A stretch of DNA of 64,000 bases from Cycas panzhihuaensis. Taxonomy: Eukaryota > Plantae > Cycadophyta. The notes under the pieces were generated by a model. It was not told the origin of the DNA and ran no database searches. It saw nothing but the letters and a program-made list of their open reading frames with translations. Location of the stretch: positions 48,925,741 to 48,989,740 of the forward strand of contig CM041465.1 of assembly GCA_023213395.1 (NCBI GenBank), in the 5' to 3' direction. The position numbers and the translations under genes were made by a program. Shown piece by piece: positions 13,290-27,349 of the stretch (the first letter of the stretch is position 1; every line of letters starts with the position of its first letter).

Positions 13290-16200
13290 AACTTTCTTTA
13301 TCTTAGCTCTATCTGATAATAATAAGGTTACTGATACCAACTACCACATCTGGAAAATTAAGATAGAGACCATCCTTAGAGCTAAAACTACTTGGAAAAT
13401 TACAATAGAAATCAAAGCCAAACCAAAGGGTATTAGGCCTGAGCAAACTAGTTGGGAAGATTGGGATAGTATAAGGGTTATATTTTTGAAATTATATATT
13501 TCAGATTCTCTTCTTATCTATGTTGAGAATTTGTACTCCACTAAAAGCATTTGGAAGTGTCTAAAAAACTTGTATGGATAAAAGAACAAGGCTAAGATAA
13601 ATAGCCCTAAAAGAAGAACTATTCAAACTTCATCTGAAGGAGTACAAAATAGTTATTAATTTCTTATATAAGGTAATTTCACTGAGGAATGACCTCTCAA
13701 GTGTAGGTGCTCTAATCATTGATCATGAGTTGGTAGAGCTAGTGGTTAGTAAATTACCTAAATCATTTGATATAATGATAAATACCATCACTAATACTGA
13801 TCAAATAGCAACAATGACAATGGACACTCTAACAAGATTGTTGTTAAGATAGGAGTAGAGAAACATGAGATATGAGGATGTAGGTGATCTTGAGGATGCT
13901 TTTTCCTCTAGATTAATCCTGGGATTCAGAGGATGTAGCAGAGGAAGAGGAAGAACTCCCAAAGGTCATGCTTCATCACAAGGCCATTGGTAAGATACAA
14001 GAGGATGAGGTCATAATATTACTTCAAGGATTTATTATAGTTGCGATAAGATTGGTCATTTTGCTAGTTCCTATAGAGCATTTGATATGTGTTATCATTG
14101 TGTCCAATTAGGACACTTTCCATACCAATACAAGAAAGTAGATATCTAGAGAGGGAAACAACCCATGTGAAACTACAACAAGGAACATACCAGTGATGAT
14201 GATGATGAATAAGAGGAAACAATTTTTATCATCACCCTAGTAGCAAGCCTCCAAGATAAAGATGTATGGTATATCAACTTAGGAGCCTCTCACCACATGA
14301 CTAGCCAAGAAGAATAGTTCAAAAGCTTGCAACCATATACTTCTGACAAATCCATGGAATTGAGAGAGAAATACTCCCTTAAAATCAAAGGAGTTGGAAC
14401 CATTACTATTAAAATGAAAGATAAAGTTGAGAAAATTAGAAATGTACTTTTAGTACTTGGTTTTAAAATGAGCTTACTGTCTATCTTCCAACTTAAGAAA
14501 AAGGGTTTAAGCACTGTATTTAATGAAAAAGAATTTTATTATATCCTAGATATGAAAAATAATGGCCATATAATCATAAAAGAGATTGAAAGTAATGACC
14601 TGCATAGGCTACTATCATACCTAATTATACTTGATGTAAAAGCTTGCATTGTAATAAGTCTTAATAATAAGATGTGGCATTTGAAGTATGGTCATCTCCC
14701 CATGGAAAAATTAAAAAACATGGAGAGAAATGGTCTAGTAATTAGTTTGGCTGCAATCTTATTAAGTAATTTTATACGTAAAAGCTGCTAATATGGCAAA
14801 TGACATAGGCTTCCATTCTATGAAAGCAAATGGTGAGCATAAAAAAATTTAGAATTACTTCATAATAATTTATGTGGTCTATTTACCCCACATTCCATCA
14901 ATAGAAGTAGATACTTCCTAACCTTCATAGATGATTTGACTAGAAAAATCTAGATTTATTTCTTGCATAGTAAATCAAAAGTCTCTAATATATTTAAAGA
15001 GTTCAAAGCTGAGATTGAACTAGAGGCTGATTCCAAAATAAAATGCTTAAGGTCTGATGGAGGAGATGAATATATTTCTAAAGATTTTTTAGAATACTGT
15101 AAAGTTAAAGGGATACAAAGGTAGTTCATAACTCCATATATACCCCAATCAAATGGGGTAGTAGAAAGAAAAAATAGAGTTATCATGGAGATGGCACATA
15201 GCTTGTTGATTGACAACAACATTCCAAAAACATATTGGGTTGAAGAAGTCAGCAAAACCTACTACTTACTGAATAGGAGCCCAACCAAAGCAATAGACCA
15301 TCTAACTTTAGAGGAAGCCTATACTGGAAGGAAACTAGACATAAATTACCTCAAGGTATTTGGAAACCAAGCCTTTGTCCACATACCAGACAAAAAAAGA
15401 ATAAAGCTAAAGTCAAAAAGTCTAGAATGCATTATAGTAGGATACATTAAAAACTCCAAAGCCTTTAAGTGTATAAATCCTAAAACAAACAAAGTGTGGA
15501 TAAGTAGAGATGTTGTTTTTAATGAAGAAGACAAGGAAGAAAGTATAAACCAAATTCTAGTTATAGAGAAAACACCTCAGATAGCCTATCCAGATACTCC
15601 TACAGAAGAATAATTAGGTATAACTATAGAATAAACCTCAAAAGAGTCTATTTCACCTCAAGATTCTCATTCAGACTCTACTCCTCAAGAAGAAGAAGTC
15701 TCTCTAGAAGAGTCAAGCATTGAAGGAGATAAAAAGGAAAAAAGGGTTCCCAAATGGTACCTCAAAACTATAGAGGAAAGTAAAAGTAAAATCCTTCCCC
15801 ATAAAATAAGAATCCAAAATCCCTATTTAGTCATGTAGAACCATAATTGTTCATTGAAGCAAAGGAACATGTTGAATGGAGGAAAGCCATGGATGTTAAG
15901 CTAGAGCCCATAATAAAAAACTAGACTTGGGAACTGGTTGGGTTTTCATCCAACAAATCAATTGTAAATTACAAATGGGTCTACAAAATCAAAAAGGGGC
16001 TTGATTATAAAATAGAAAAATATAAAGTTAGGTTAATTGCAAAAGGCTATACCCAAATAATAGGTGTAGATTATAAAGAAGCTTTCTCTCCAATGGCCAA
16101 ACAAAACACAGTAAGAATAATTTTAGCTCTGGTAGCACAAAAAGAAATTAGAACATATACTAGTTAGATGTAAAAAGTGCCTTTTTAAATGGCAAATTAG

Positions 16201-17370
16201 AAGAGGAGATTTACATGTCTTAACCTGAGGGATATGTCAAATAAGGGCAAGAGCACCTAGTCTATAAGTTGAAAAAGGCACTGTCTAGACTAAAACAAGC
16301 TCCTTGTGCATGGTATATGAAACTTGATAATCATCTCTATAATAATGGCTTTCAAAGGAGCAACGCAGACTCAAGTCTATATATAAAAAATAAGGATGAT
16401 ACAATCACTATAATAGTGGTATATATTGATGATATTATTCTCACTAGTGATGATGAAGACTCAATATCATATATAAAGAGTCAACTAGAAGGTAAAATTG
16501 AGATGACTGACTTGAGGATTCTCAATTACTATTTAGGAATCTAAGTTAAATAGTAAAGTAATTTAATTTATCTATACCACAACAAGTACATTAAAGACTT
16601 ACTAACCAAATTACAAATGGAAGAATATAATCCATACTCTACTCCCATAGAACTGAACTATAACTTGATTCCAGATGAAAAGGAACCATGTGTGAATATA
16701 ACCCTATATAGGCAGCTCATTGGTAGCCTCATCTACCTTACAACAACTAGATTAAACATCTCATATGCTGTCAGTCTAATTTCAAGATACTGTAAGACCT
16801 AAGAACAAAACACTGGAATGCTATAAAAAGGGTCTCGACATATCTAAAAGGTACAATAGGGTTTAAATTGGTATTTCAAAAGGAGAAATCTCTTTAGTTA
16901 ATAGGGTTTTGTGATTCAGACTAGGCAGGTGACAAAGAACAAAAAAAATCAACCAACGGGCATTGTTTCTTCCTGTGACTTTCACCAATATCATGGAGTA
17001 ACAAAAAACAAGCCACTATAGTATTATCATCCACAGAAGCTGAGAATAAATCAATTGTCAGTGCAACCAATGAAGTAGTATGGATTAGATAACTTTTGAA
17101 TGATTTAATGGACCCTCAAAAGGAAGCAACTATACTTCACTGCGATAATCAAAGCACCATCAAACTCACTAAGAATCTAGTATTTCATGCCCAAACCAAA
17201 CACATAGAAGCTCAACATCGCTTTATTAGAGAAAAGGTCTAGAACAAAGAAGTGGATCTTGTCTATTATCCTATAGATGAACAAGTGGCTAACATATTAA
17301 CCAAACCACTTGGAAAAGATAAATTCCAAATACTTAGAGATAAAATAAGATTAATAGGATAAAACATTAA
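13290..17370 (+). pseudogene. copia-2 gag-pol pseudogene
   Basis: NYHIWKIKIETILRAK (Gag). WYINLGASHHMT (PR). MWHLKYGHL, FIDD, LRSDGG and QSNGVVERKNR (INT). VVYIDDII (RT). GFCDSD*AGD and HAQTKHIE (RH). Confidence 0.93.
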
Positions 17371-17377
17371 GACATGG

Positions 17378-17552
17378 TATTATAATGTAATGTTTTATCC
17401 TATCATAAACTAATATTTAATGTATGTAACTAATGGACATGTGTCATTTAGATGTATTTTGGTTACAAACCCTAATTATATTTATTTACTTGAGCTCTCA
17501 ATAATCATCAATTCAAGCATTCTTTATCTATCTTTGATTTAGTATTTTGACA
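17378..17552 (+). repeat. 3' LTR of copia-2
   Basis: Aligns with 12354-12541; the 5' TG has mutated to TA. Confidence 0.9.
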
Positions 17553-18199
17553 ATTGCAACTCAGAAAGCAAGTACTTACAAATAGAAATGGCAATCTAGA
17601 TTCAATTAGAACAACAAGTAATTGTAATATGAATGCAAGATGGTCACAATCAGGATAAAGGGCCATAACTCAGAATAATTACAACTTTGATGGAAGTAAT
17701 TATAATTGGGATAAAAATGGTTGCAACTAGAAAATTAAATCAAGAAAAGCTAGAAATAATTGGTTTGAGAAAGTCATAAACTAGAGGTAGATTAGCTATA
17801 GAGAAAAATGATTAGATGTAATTGAAAAGGTAGAATGATCATGATTTGATGGTGGAGAAGTCATAAATTATTCCATGATGGAAAAACCTGGTGGAAGTCA
17901 AAAATCTTGTAAAGGAAGGTATTGACATCAAATCAAAAAAAAGTTGAAAGAAAATTCATTAATGATGATGACAATGAAGTGACAGAAATCAGTGACAACT
18001 GATAATCGCACATACCAAGATAACGTAGAGTGCGAAGGTGGTGACAGGTGGCCAACATATATTAGATGGATGGAAAGGAGGTATATTGGAGTTGCAACTA
18101 AGTAATTACAACCATGAATCGAAATCATGATGGTTTTTCATGGCTTAGTAGAACATAAGTGACAAAGTTAAAGAAGAACTAGGAAAGTTTTTGAAGATG

Positions 18200-19957
18200 A
18201 ATTAGGAAAGTTTTTGAAGATGAATTAGGGAAATTTTTAAGAAATTGTGAACAAACAAAATGAAGGACATCACATAAACTCAAATCAATTTGCAAGAAGT
18301 AGATGATAAAAAAATTAGGCATGTATGATGGGATATATCTAAAGAAGATGAAAGAAAAGTAATTTTGACAAAGGTTAGATTTGCCTAGTTTGTGCAAGTA
18401 GGGTCATTTCCAGCTACAACAAATTTTTTGATGGGCATGATTCAACTCATAGCTTAGTAACTTGATCTTGTAGATATACTAGCAAATCCATTACAAAAAT
18501 CTTAGGGTTACCAGATTTAGGAGAAGAGGTACCCGAAGATAAAAGAATTCTATGAGAGAAGGCAGTGGATTAGCTGGGCACCTAAATTTTAGATGTCTCC
18601 ATATCTAGTATTTACATTGTGGCTATTATGTATAGTTTGACATGTTGGGTGGCTCATTTCCTCTTCATGAGGGTGATATTAAGTCAAAAGAGTTTGTTTG
18701 TACCTATAGAGATGAGATATGTACTACTGTGAGTAGTGAAGAGAGAAAAGTTTAATTAGGTAACATTTCTCATAGAAATATTTTTAAACAAATTGATTAA
18801 TATTAAGGCCAAACCATAGTCAATTATATTCTATTATTAGAGTTTATTTTAGGGACTATTATACTCTTAGTGCTGAGAGATAAAGTTACCAAAAGAAAAA
18901 CCATAGGAAGTGACAATGATGAATTGGATTAATCATTTTAGACACAATAGAGAAACTTGGCAAAAGGAGATTTAGGAAAAAGTTAAGGATTTTTTCTTGA
19001 GGAAGGCTTAGGCTAGTAATCCTCACACGACACAAATAGAGAAGAAAGGAAGAAAACAACAATAGGAAGAGACAACCTCATAGGCTAAGAAGAAAGAATA
19101 AGAGGAGCAGAAAGATGTGAAGAAGAGGGAGGAAATCAGAAAAGGGAAACATAAAGTAGGCAGTGTGTTGGTTAAAGAGGAAACAATCAAGTAATAACCT
19201 ACCTAGCATTCAGAAAAAATACTTAACACTAAAGAGGAGAAAAGAAGAATTATTGAAGAAAAGCAAAGAAGGAAATTCTAGAAATTCTAAATGACTAACC
19301 AGTCAAAGTAGATTTTGAATTCAATAATGAAGAGATGACATAGGAAGGAATCAATCCAATGGAATGTCAGCCACATAATATGGCACACTGGAAGATTTCA
19401 TTTCTAGCTAAGGTCATTTGGCATTTGGTGACTGAATTAGAAGTTAGAAGTAAGAGCCCCCCATTGGATTTACAAAGAATATAGAAAGTAGAAGACCAAT
19501 TAACTACCTGTGAGGTAAAACTGGACTTCTTCATTAAGTTCATTATGCACTTGGTGGGAGATACTTCCTAAGTGGAGCATTTGGTACCAGCTCTTGACAC
19601 CTAGTTCAATGAATAAAACCCACTAGGATTGGAGAAGTTGATCAATAAGTTGGGTGCTTGGATAATGCAAACTCAAGAAGATTCTAAGTATGCTAATTAG
19701 TTTTAGTCCATAATTAAATCCTTGCGATAAGATTTGTTGCTGGTGGAAATAAGGAAATGTAAATTATAAGAGGAAATCAAACAGTTGCATTCCAGAGAAA
19801 AGATGATAATGGCTCAACTATAGGTACTGCACAATGTGGTTATCCTCTGTGATCATTGTAAAAGATAAGGTATAAATCCATCTTATACTATGTACAAACC
19901 TGATCCACAATGTATTCATACAGAGATGGAAAAGATTAGAAGAGATAAAGAAAGTTA
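18200..19957 (+). pseudogene. Decayed sense-strand extra ORF in the gypsy-1 3' region
   Basis: Long frame broken mainly by transition-type stops: SITKILGLPDLGEEVPEDKRI...WVAHFLF...EKFN*VTFL, then an E/K/R-rich stretch and a C-terminal CDHC. Homologous to 39250-40250. Boundaries approximate. Confidence 0.7.
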
Positions 19958-20036
19958 ATTTATCATGTATTATTTTCTCATCTTTGAATTTTGGGCTTAC
20001 AAGTAAAAATACTTATAAGTTTTGTGAAGGGAGAGA

Positions 20037-20410
20037 TGTATCCAACCATTGAGTTGTAACCCTTTTTGTTTGTATTAAGAACGATTGCAACCAACTCAAA
20101 GTTATAGTGAGTATAAATATCATGTTGTAAAGAGATCAAAGTGGTTCTTTTCGATTTGAATGTAATTCCCTATCTACTGTCACACAAAATGTATCCATTT
20201 ACATTCTGTGCCTACTGTGTAAAGTCCACTTCTATGTGTATTATTTTGGGTTGTCTCTAGTTGTGAGAGGACTAGAGCAACATGTCATAATGCAATGATG
20301 ATGGATCTTGTTCTCTCACATGCTCATGTCTTAATAGTATGATGAATGGTTGCAACCTGTTATAGTTTTTTTATGCCTATTTCTATATGTGTTAAATGAC
20401 ACAACATACA
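20037..20410 (+). repeat. 3' LTR of gypsy-1
   Basis: PPT immediately upstream, TGTA...TACA ends, and partial homology to 24241-24695. Confidence 0.8.
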
Positions 20411-23400
20411 TTACCATCACCACCTTGTGAACTTGTTAACTTAATACCACCTAAAGAAAAAGAATTGACTTAGGTCATATGACAAAGGATGAAAGGAGAA
20501 GTAGAGTAACATCATAATAAATAACCTAAAATAATACAAAATAAGAAAGAAGCATAAAAAATAACATAACCAAATCCACTCCAATAGAAAATATTTTAAG
20601 AAACTTAGAATAAGTAGGATTTAGAACATCAATTCCAACAAAAAATGAAGGATTTTTTCCTTCCAATTTTGAGTAAATTGTATGAATAAATTGGCAAGGA
20701 AGATGAAGCCTATAAAGTGCTCACATTATTATGTTTAATAATCACTTAAGTCTTACATATAAGTGATAAAAGTAACTAGTGTTAAAGATTAAGTAAGTTT
20801 GAAAATGTGTCAATAACAAGCTAAAGAAAATGAGGATTAGAACCTTTGGTGGATGTTCAAATTATTAACTATATATTCCAAGATGTAATTATCGACTTTG
20901 GATTCCAAGTGACTCAACTAATCTAGGTTGGTGAAGTCTCTCATTATTATAAAATTCATTGATAAAAATATTATTTCTCCCATTGGTGGATTATTAAGAT
21001 ATCTAGTAATATGTTGTAGAATAATGACTAAGATAGACTTTAAGGTTTTCTCATTTCTAAGTGGGAAAAATGGTTATCAAATTTTTCTTGGAAGACCAGG
21101 GGTTAAACAAATGAGAGTAACTCTTTTTTTGGATTCTTCAAGGTTGATCATTGAACACAATAATAGTGTTGTTATCATTCCTTTGGATAAAAATTGAGAA
21201 ACATATGAAGAAGATTGTACATTAGTCTCATAGAACACGACACTTAACTAGATCCCTGTAAAAGCATATATCATTATTAGGTAACAACATAAAATCTAAT
21301 CAATTTGGTAATAAAAGGGATTTACATCAAATACCATTGAATCATAATTAGTAAGATTAGAGGAAAATTTTCAAGCTTGGTGGGAAGAACATTATGAAGA
21401 ATATCATTCATGTTTCTACGTTTGCACAATTTTGAAGAAATCATAAGAAGAGGATGAACTTCCAATAATAATAACTTATGATCATATAATTAATCTAATC
21501 TATTTATTAGAAAAATTGGAAAATTTAGTTAAAGACCTAACTAAAGTTTGACAATGCTCACTTTAAGACATTGCCATAAATTAGTGGTTAGCTAGGAAGC
21601 AATAATGGATTTTTCATGCAAAAGCAATCCAATGTTTCTGGAGATGATTTGATCTAGACTAGAAATGTTAGATTAAGCCCTTATTAAAATATAAAAGAGA
21701 TTCAAATCCATAAAAATACATTCATAGCTTTAAAGAAGTTTGTTTAGAATCTAGTATACCTAAACAATTTTGGTTACACCTCTTCATAATAACACTAGGG
21801 ATAATTCCCTACAAATAGTTTGTTGACCTAGAAAAATATTGATAAATGTCTATCTAGGGAAAATATTAAAAGGAAGTTTCGTCATACCTTTTCTTTTTTC
21901 TATGAATGTCAACCATTTATGGAGTTTTTACATAATATCAGAACTTTCCTTTTTGATAAAGTGAAACATTTCTCCTTAATATTCTAGAAATAAAAAGTGC
22001 TATGCTATTTAATATATTAATAGAAGAAGACCAACCAAAAGAAAATGAAGTGCAACAACTCTTCAAAAACATGGGTTAGGATGGAAGGATAGTTGAAGAA
22101 ACTTTGGCATGTGATAAAATGAAGAATTATTAACTAGTCAAATTATAAAAGATGAGATTAGGAACAATAGAAGAATTAAGAAATATTCTCATTAGAGATT
22201 GGTGGTTAGAATAAGTCATTGTTGAATCATATGACTTTTTTCAAAGAGTTTAGAGATGTTTTTTCTTGGACATATAAGGACCTAAAGGGAATCCCATAAT
22301 ACATTGGTGTCATACTATTCACATTAGAAGAAGGAGCAAAGTGAATCCATTAGAAACCATATAGGTTGAATCCTTATTATTGAAAGAAGATTCAAAAGGA
22401 AATTAAAAAGTTCATAAATGCAGGTTGTATCTACCTAGTTGAAAGTAGTGATTAGATAAGTCCTATAATTATTATTAAGAGAAAGAATGAGAAGCTAAGG
22501 ATATATGTTGACTTTAAAACACTCAATAAAGTCATAAAGAAGGATCTATTTTTAACTCCATTCACATAGCAAGTCCTAGAGAATGTGGTAGGACAAGATA
22601 TTTACTTCTTTATGGATGGAATTTTAAGATATAACTAGGTGAAAATTAAATATAACAAAAATGAGATAACATTTATTATAAAACATGGTTCACTTACATA
22701 TAAGGTTATGCCCTTTGGGCTTTGTAATGCTCCTATAATCTTTTCAAGTCTAATAGTGATAGTTTTTAAGGAATTTAATAATAAGTTCTTAGAACTTTAT
22801 CTAGATCATTGGACAATATTCAATCTCTTGAAATATCATATATCCAACCTTGAATTGATGTTATAAAAAAGTTGAGAGGTCAAGACCTCATTGAATTTAG
22901 GTAAATGTCAGTTCTTAAGTTCCGTATGAATCTTATTGGGATAAGTTATTTGTAAAAATAGATTATTGATTGATCTTGAAAATGTCTAATTTATTTACAA
23001 TTTGAATCCCCCATAAAATCCAACAATGGAAAAATAATTCCTTAGATATATGGGATATTATAGAAAGTTCATCAAAGGTTATACAATGATTGTTGCTCCA
23101 ATGGAGCATATGTTGAAGAAAAATATATCTTTCATTTGGTCAACTAAATATTAAATAACATTTATACACTAAATAAATAACTTGTTGATATATCTATTTT
23201 AAAATTCATAAATTTTAATAAGATTCTCCATGTACATATTGATGAATTAAGAATTGTAATAGGTACAATGCTTCCATAACCTAGAAAAGGAGTGATTTAC
23301 TAGTAGAAGATTAACTTCAATAGAGTTAAATCATACTACAATGGAATGAGAAGGATTGGATTTGGTATATATACTTTAGAAATTCTGACATTACTTGCTA

Positions 23401-24240
23401 ACTAATTTCTTTCTCTTTTATATAGGCCATTAGGCATTGACATACTTAGTGAATAAATTGATATTGTATGGATACATAAGTTAATGAGTTTTTCTATTCT
23501 AAGAGAATAATTTTAAGATCTTCTTAAAGCTTGGAAAAGTACATGTTAATTTAGATTATCTAGGATAAATACCAAATATCTTATAGAAAGTCTATAAGAA
23601 AAACACTATTCTAGTTCGAATATGGTTTTGAAATTGTAGTGCTTATAGAAATTATAATTATTAACCTCTCGGTAGCCTATTAGATGTAATGGGGAGACCA
23701 ATAAGATTTGAAACAAAGGCTACAACAACTATTAAAGTTGGATGAAATGATATGACTATCTAATTTACATCAAAAGTTATAAAACTTTAATAGAAGAGTT
23801 AGCACGATAATAACCCAAAACAAAGATATTTCAAGTCAAAGATTTAGTGTCAATGTTTTATAGTAAGTCTAAGCATAAACCTAGGAAATTAAAGACACAT
23901 TAGAAAGCCCCTTACATCTTGAACCACATGTGGCCTAATGGCTTAGTCTTAATAAAGGCAATAGAAGGTAAGGTAATCCCTGGTTGAGTTAAAGATAATA
24001 TAATCAAGTTGTATAATGAGCAAAATAAAAAAAGTAGAAAACAAGAAAAATCAACCCACCTTTTCATATCAATGTTTAGATCCATTATTAAGTGTGAAAG
24101 GCATTAACAAGGACTTCAAAATGTTGTGTAAAAAAGTTCAACATGGTCGACATCAAGAAAGTATTTTTAATAATCCAAAGAAATTTCAACACAAACTATA
24201 TAATAAACATATATTAATATTAATAGATATGATGATTATA
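20411..24240 (+). mobile_element. Older gypsy element 'gypsy-3' (pol remnant, probable host of gypsy-1 and gypsy-2); most of the integrase is deleted
   Basis: PR (VIIDFG...QIFLGRP, ~20880-21200). RT YKVMPFGLCNAP...ELYLDHWT (22639-22866). RH to ~23570, then a jump to the integrase C-terminus (~23580-24020). Confidence 0.85.
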
Positions 24241-24695
24241 TGTGCTGGAAGAAGTTGGTTGCAACCTGATAATTATAATAAAAGGGAAAAGTGGTTATAT
24301 GCAAAATCAATTAAACTAATACATTAGTTGAGAATGGTTATAACCAACTATGGGATATGATTACAGTAAAAAAAAAAAAAATGGAAGGAATTCCAAAGAC
24401 AAGAGAGTAGGCATGTATGCATGTGAGAGTGATTATATACCATAAGCACCACACACTTATGCATTATAATATAACTTGTTGTGTATTATGTCTATAAAAC
24501 ATTTTATGTACTACTATGGGTTGACATCTAGTTGTGAGAGAACCAGACATGACTTGTTATTAATAGAATGATTATGGTTTTTTCCCTCCATCTATGGACT
24601 ATTATATATTCTAGACGAAGCATAGAATATAGCTCATTAATACTTTGTGATTATCATATGCCTACTTATTGGTGTTTGCATAATAGTATATAACA
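24241..24695 (+). repeat. Probable 5' LTR of gypsy-2
   Basis: Shares GGGTTG..TCTAGTTGTGAGAG and TATGCCTA blocks with the LTR at 20037-20410, and has TG...CA ends. No clear PBS, so boundaries are uncertain. Confidence 0.6.
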
Positions 24696-24734
24696 AGTAA
24701 AGCACATATTAGTTCCATTATTGTATGAACTTAT

Positions 24735-26530
24735 GACAGGTAGAATGGATAGAATTGAGTAGAGTATTAGGGTCCTTTTCTATGGCACCTAGGACATAAG
24801 CTAAATCACACCATGATCAGTGGGAACATTGGAAAAAAGATAGACTTTAGATAGGAATACCTAGGCTTAGATTTACAATCATACTAAGAAGGTAGGTGAA
24901 GAGGTGACCATCTTCGCACTCAATAGAGAGGAGAAAGTCGAGAAGTAATGATGAGGTAAAGTAATAAAACCTAGGCATAACTAAAGCACATGTAGAAGAT
25001 AGAAATGACCAAAGGTGTATAACAGAAGAGGAACCCATAAAGGAGGAACCAATGTAAGTAATACATATGGAAAGAAGAAGCCAACAAGACTCCATTAAAA
25101 AAGGAAATTTACATAAGGAAGAAACAATAGTTCCAGAGAAAAATTCTATCGAATTAGGAATAAATAGTGTTTCTGAATACGCTTGGAATCATCATTTATT
25201 AGAAATTTGAATTCTAAGTCATATAATAAATCCTCTTTTAAAGCTATCAATGGCAAGTTTATGCAATAATATGGGATGATAAATGGCTAGTAATACACCA
25301 CCTAAAGGAGGACAAAGTAGGGTATTAGGTGGAGCAAATTAAGAAGGTATAACTCCCTACATGATTTACAAAGTGACTTGATGTTTTCAAGCCTAGAATT
25401 TAATGGAACTATAGATCTAGGTGATCATTTGGCTCTATTAAAAATATGATCTAGATTAAAAGAATTATAAATCAAGGAGAAATAAAAGCCTAATTTTTTT
25501 AGACATTAAGAGGGCTAGTCATTACATGCTTTCAATATGTAATAACATAATAGATAAATTAGGATCAATTGCGAAAATAAATTTTGAATAGATTCCAAAA
25601 GTTGAGAGATCCAATAGCCATTTTATAAGCTTTGGAGGAGATTCAATAATATCCTAGGGAGTCTATTAATAATTTTAATAGAAGAATGAGAGTTATTATA
25701 AATAAAATATAATCCATGACGATAATAAATCCCATGTTGATAATGAAATACTTTGTGCAAGGGATAATACCATAGCTTAGAGACAAGGTGATGCTACATC
25801 CAATAAATAGTTATGAGCAAGTTAGGGAGTTAGCTTTGAAGTTTGAAAATCAAATGAAGTTAGCCTACTTCTAGATGGCAATGTGGTCATTACCATATTT
25901 TCCAATAATAGGCATTGAAACATAGCCTATGTAAATAACACAGATGGATACCAACCTATAGATTAAAGTATTAAAAGAGGTAGAAGCATGAAAATAGCAA
26001 CCACCAGTTTTTGTTCTAGTTAATATATAACAAAATCAGGAGTTAGAAAAACTATGTGTAGAATTATCCTATTTACAATTAGAAAAATCAATAAAGAATA
26101 TTTAGTGTCCCCTTCCTTGTAATTAGTAAGGGCACCTAAAGAATAAACATAGAGGATCTATGAAATAGCGTGATAATTACTGAAGGAACAACCACAATAC
26201 GTGGGAATATTATTTTAGACTAAAGAACAATGAAGAAGAAGTTTATAATATATATTTCCAAAAGATAGAATGTGGAATGATAAAGTAATACAAAGGAAAA
26301 ACAAGGCCAATTCATTATTTCTTGTGTTAGAGATGGAGATATTATAGATCTAAATATCCATTGGAGATAAAAGGAGGAGAATTTATTTGTGAGAAATATG
26401 GATCAGTAGATCACAAATGGTCAAATTACCCAAAGAATAATAAAATCCAAAAATCAAATTTAGTAGACATAGTTATAGATCAAGAAAAATATTGTATATT
26501 TATAAACACGTAGTGGTAGAATGATGGGGC
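24735..26530 (+). pseudogene. gypsy-2 gag pseudogene
   Basis: EFNGTIDLGDHL...TLRG...N*DQL...NRFQ...EIQ*YPRESINNFNRRM capsid motifs (~25390-25700). Degenerate CX2CX4HX4C knuckles (e.g. ICEKYGSVDHKWSNYP ~26385). TRSG motif at ~26507. Confidence 0.8.
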
Positions 26531-26900
26531 TATTAGAAATAAAAGATGTAATACATATAAAGAATAATAGTGAATTAAAGATATACAATGAAAAATAAAT
26601 AAGATAAAGTATGTACAACAAATGAATACCACATATAAAGAATTGGTCAAAACTCAAATTAGAATGAATGATATGGTAAATACTTATAGTACATGCTCAC
26701 CACTAGTGAGAGAACATCATTTATCAATCTAGAGATGGCACATATCTCTATGTGGCCCACAACCTCTAATATAAAATATAAATAATATAGAGAGAGATTA
26801 CATAAGGGTTATTGTGTAATTAGGTATTACACTCAATATTTCCCTCCTGTAATAGTCAATTACATAATGGATTGTCACATCAAATAACAAGTCTTGAGTC

Positions 26901-27349
26901 TTCAAATAAAAGTTAGATCAAATACTACTATAATAGTATAAAGAGCTACTGATGTCCATATGAAGTGAAGTTCATCTACTAGAATGTATGGGTAACCAAC
27001 CACTATAACTGTCAGTTGAGTAGGAACTTCCTTTACATATATGGTTTAATTGATGCCAATAATAGTAGTTGTAAAATGGTCCCACCCGTGCTTATATGAG
27101 AATGCAAGTAATCTTCAAATAAAAAGTTGCCAAGTCATTAAATAAACTGAATCATAACCTATTACAATAGTATAATGAGTAACTAATATCCATATAAAGA
27201 TAACACCATCTACTAGAATACATGGGTCACTAGCTACCACAACTGCTAATTAAATAGGATGTTCCTTTATATACATGGTTTTATCAGTGCCAGTAAGAGT
27301 AGCTATAAAATGGTCCCACCCCTTACTTATATGGGAATGCAAGCAATTT
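26901..27349. repeat. Two diverged tandem direct repeats of ~210-235 bp near the PPT
   Basis: Shared blocks TTCAAATAAAA, CATCTACTAGAAT, AAAATGGTCCCACCC and CTTATATG.GAATGCAAG each occur twice. Confidence 0.85.

Larger units (their letters stand above)
12354..17552 (+). mobile_element. Full-length decayed Ty1/copia 'copia-2' nested in the gypsy-1 tandem array
   Basis: Homologous LTRs 12354-12541 and 17378-17552. Perfect PBS TGGTATCAGAGC at 12542-12553. Degenerate TSD ATTAT/ATTGC. Confidence 0.93.
7170..20410 (+). mobile_element. Ty3/gypsy non-chromovirus element 'gypsy-1' (3' portion; interrupted by copia-1 and copia-2)
   Basis: PR-RT-RH-INT order, tandem array, 3' extra ORF, PPT GAAGGGAGAGA 20026-20036 and LTR TGTA...TACA. 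No chromodomain seen after the integrase. Confidence 0.9.

Noticed and set aside
18180-18225. 23-bp tandem duplication (also 24 bp x2 at ~61241-61288)
   Set aside because: Simple local slippage with no sign of function.
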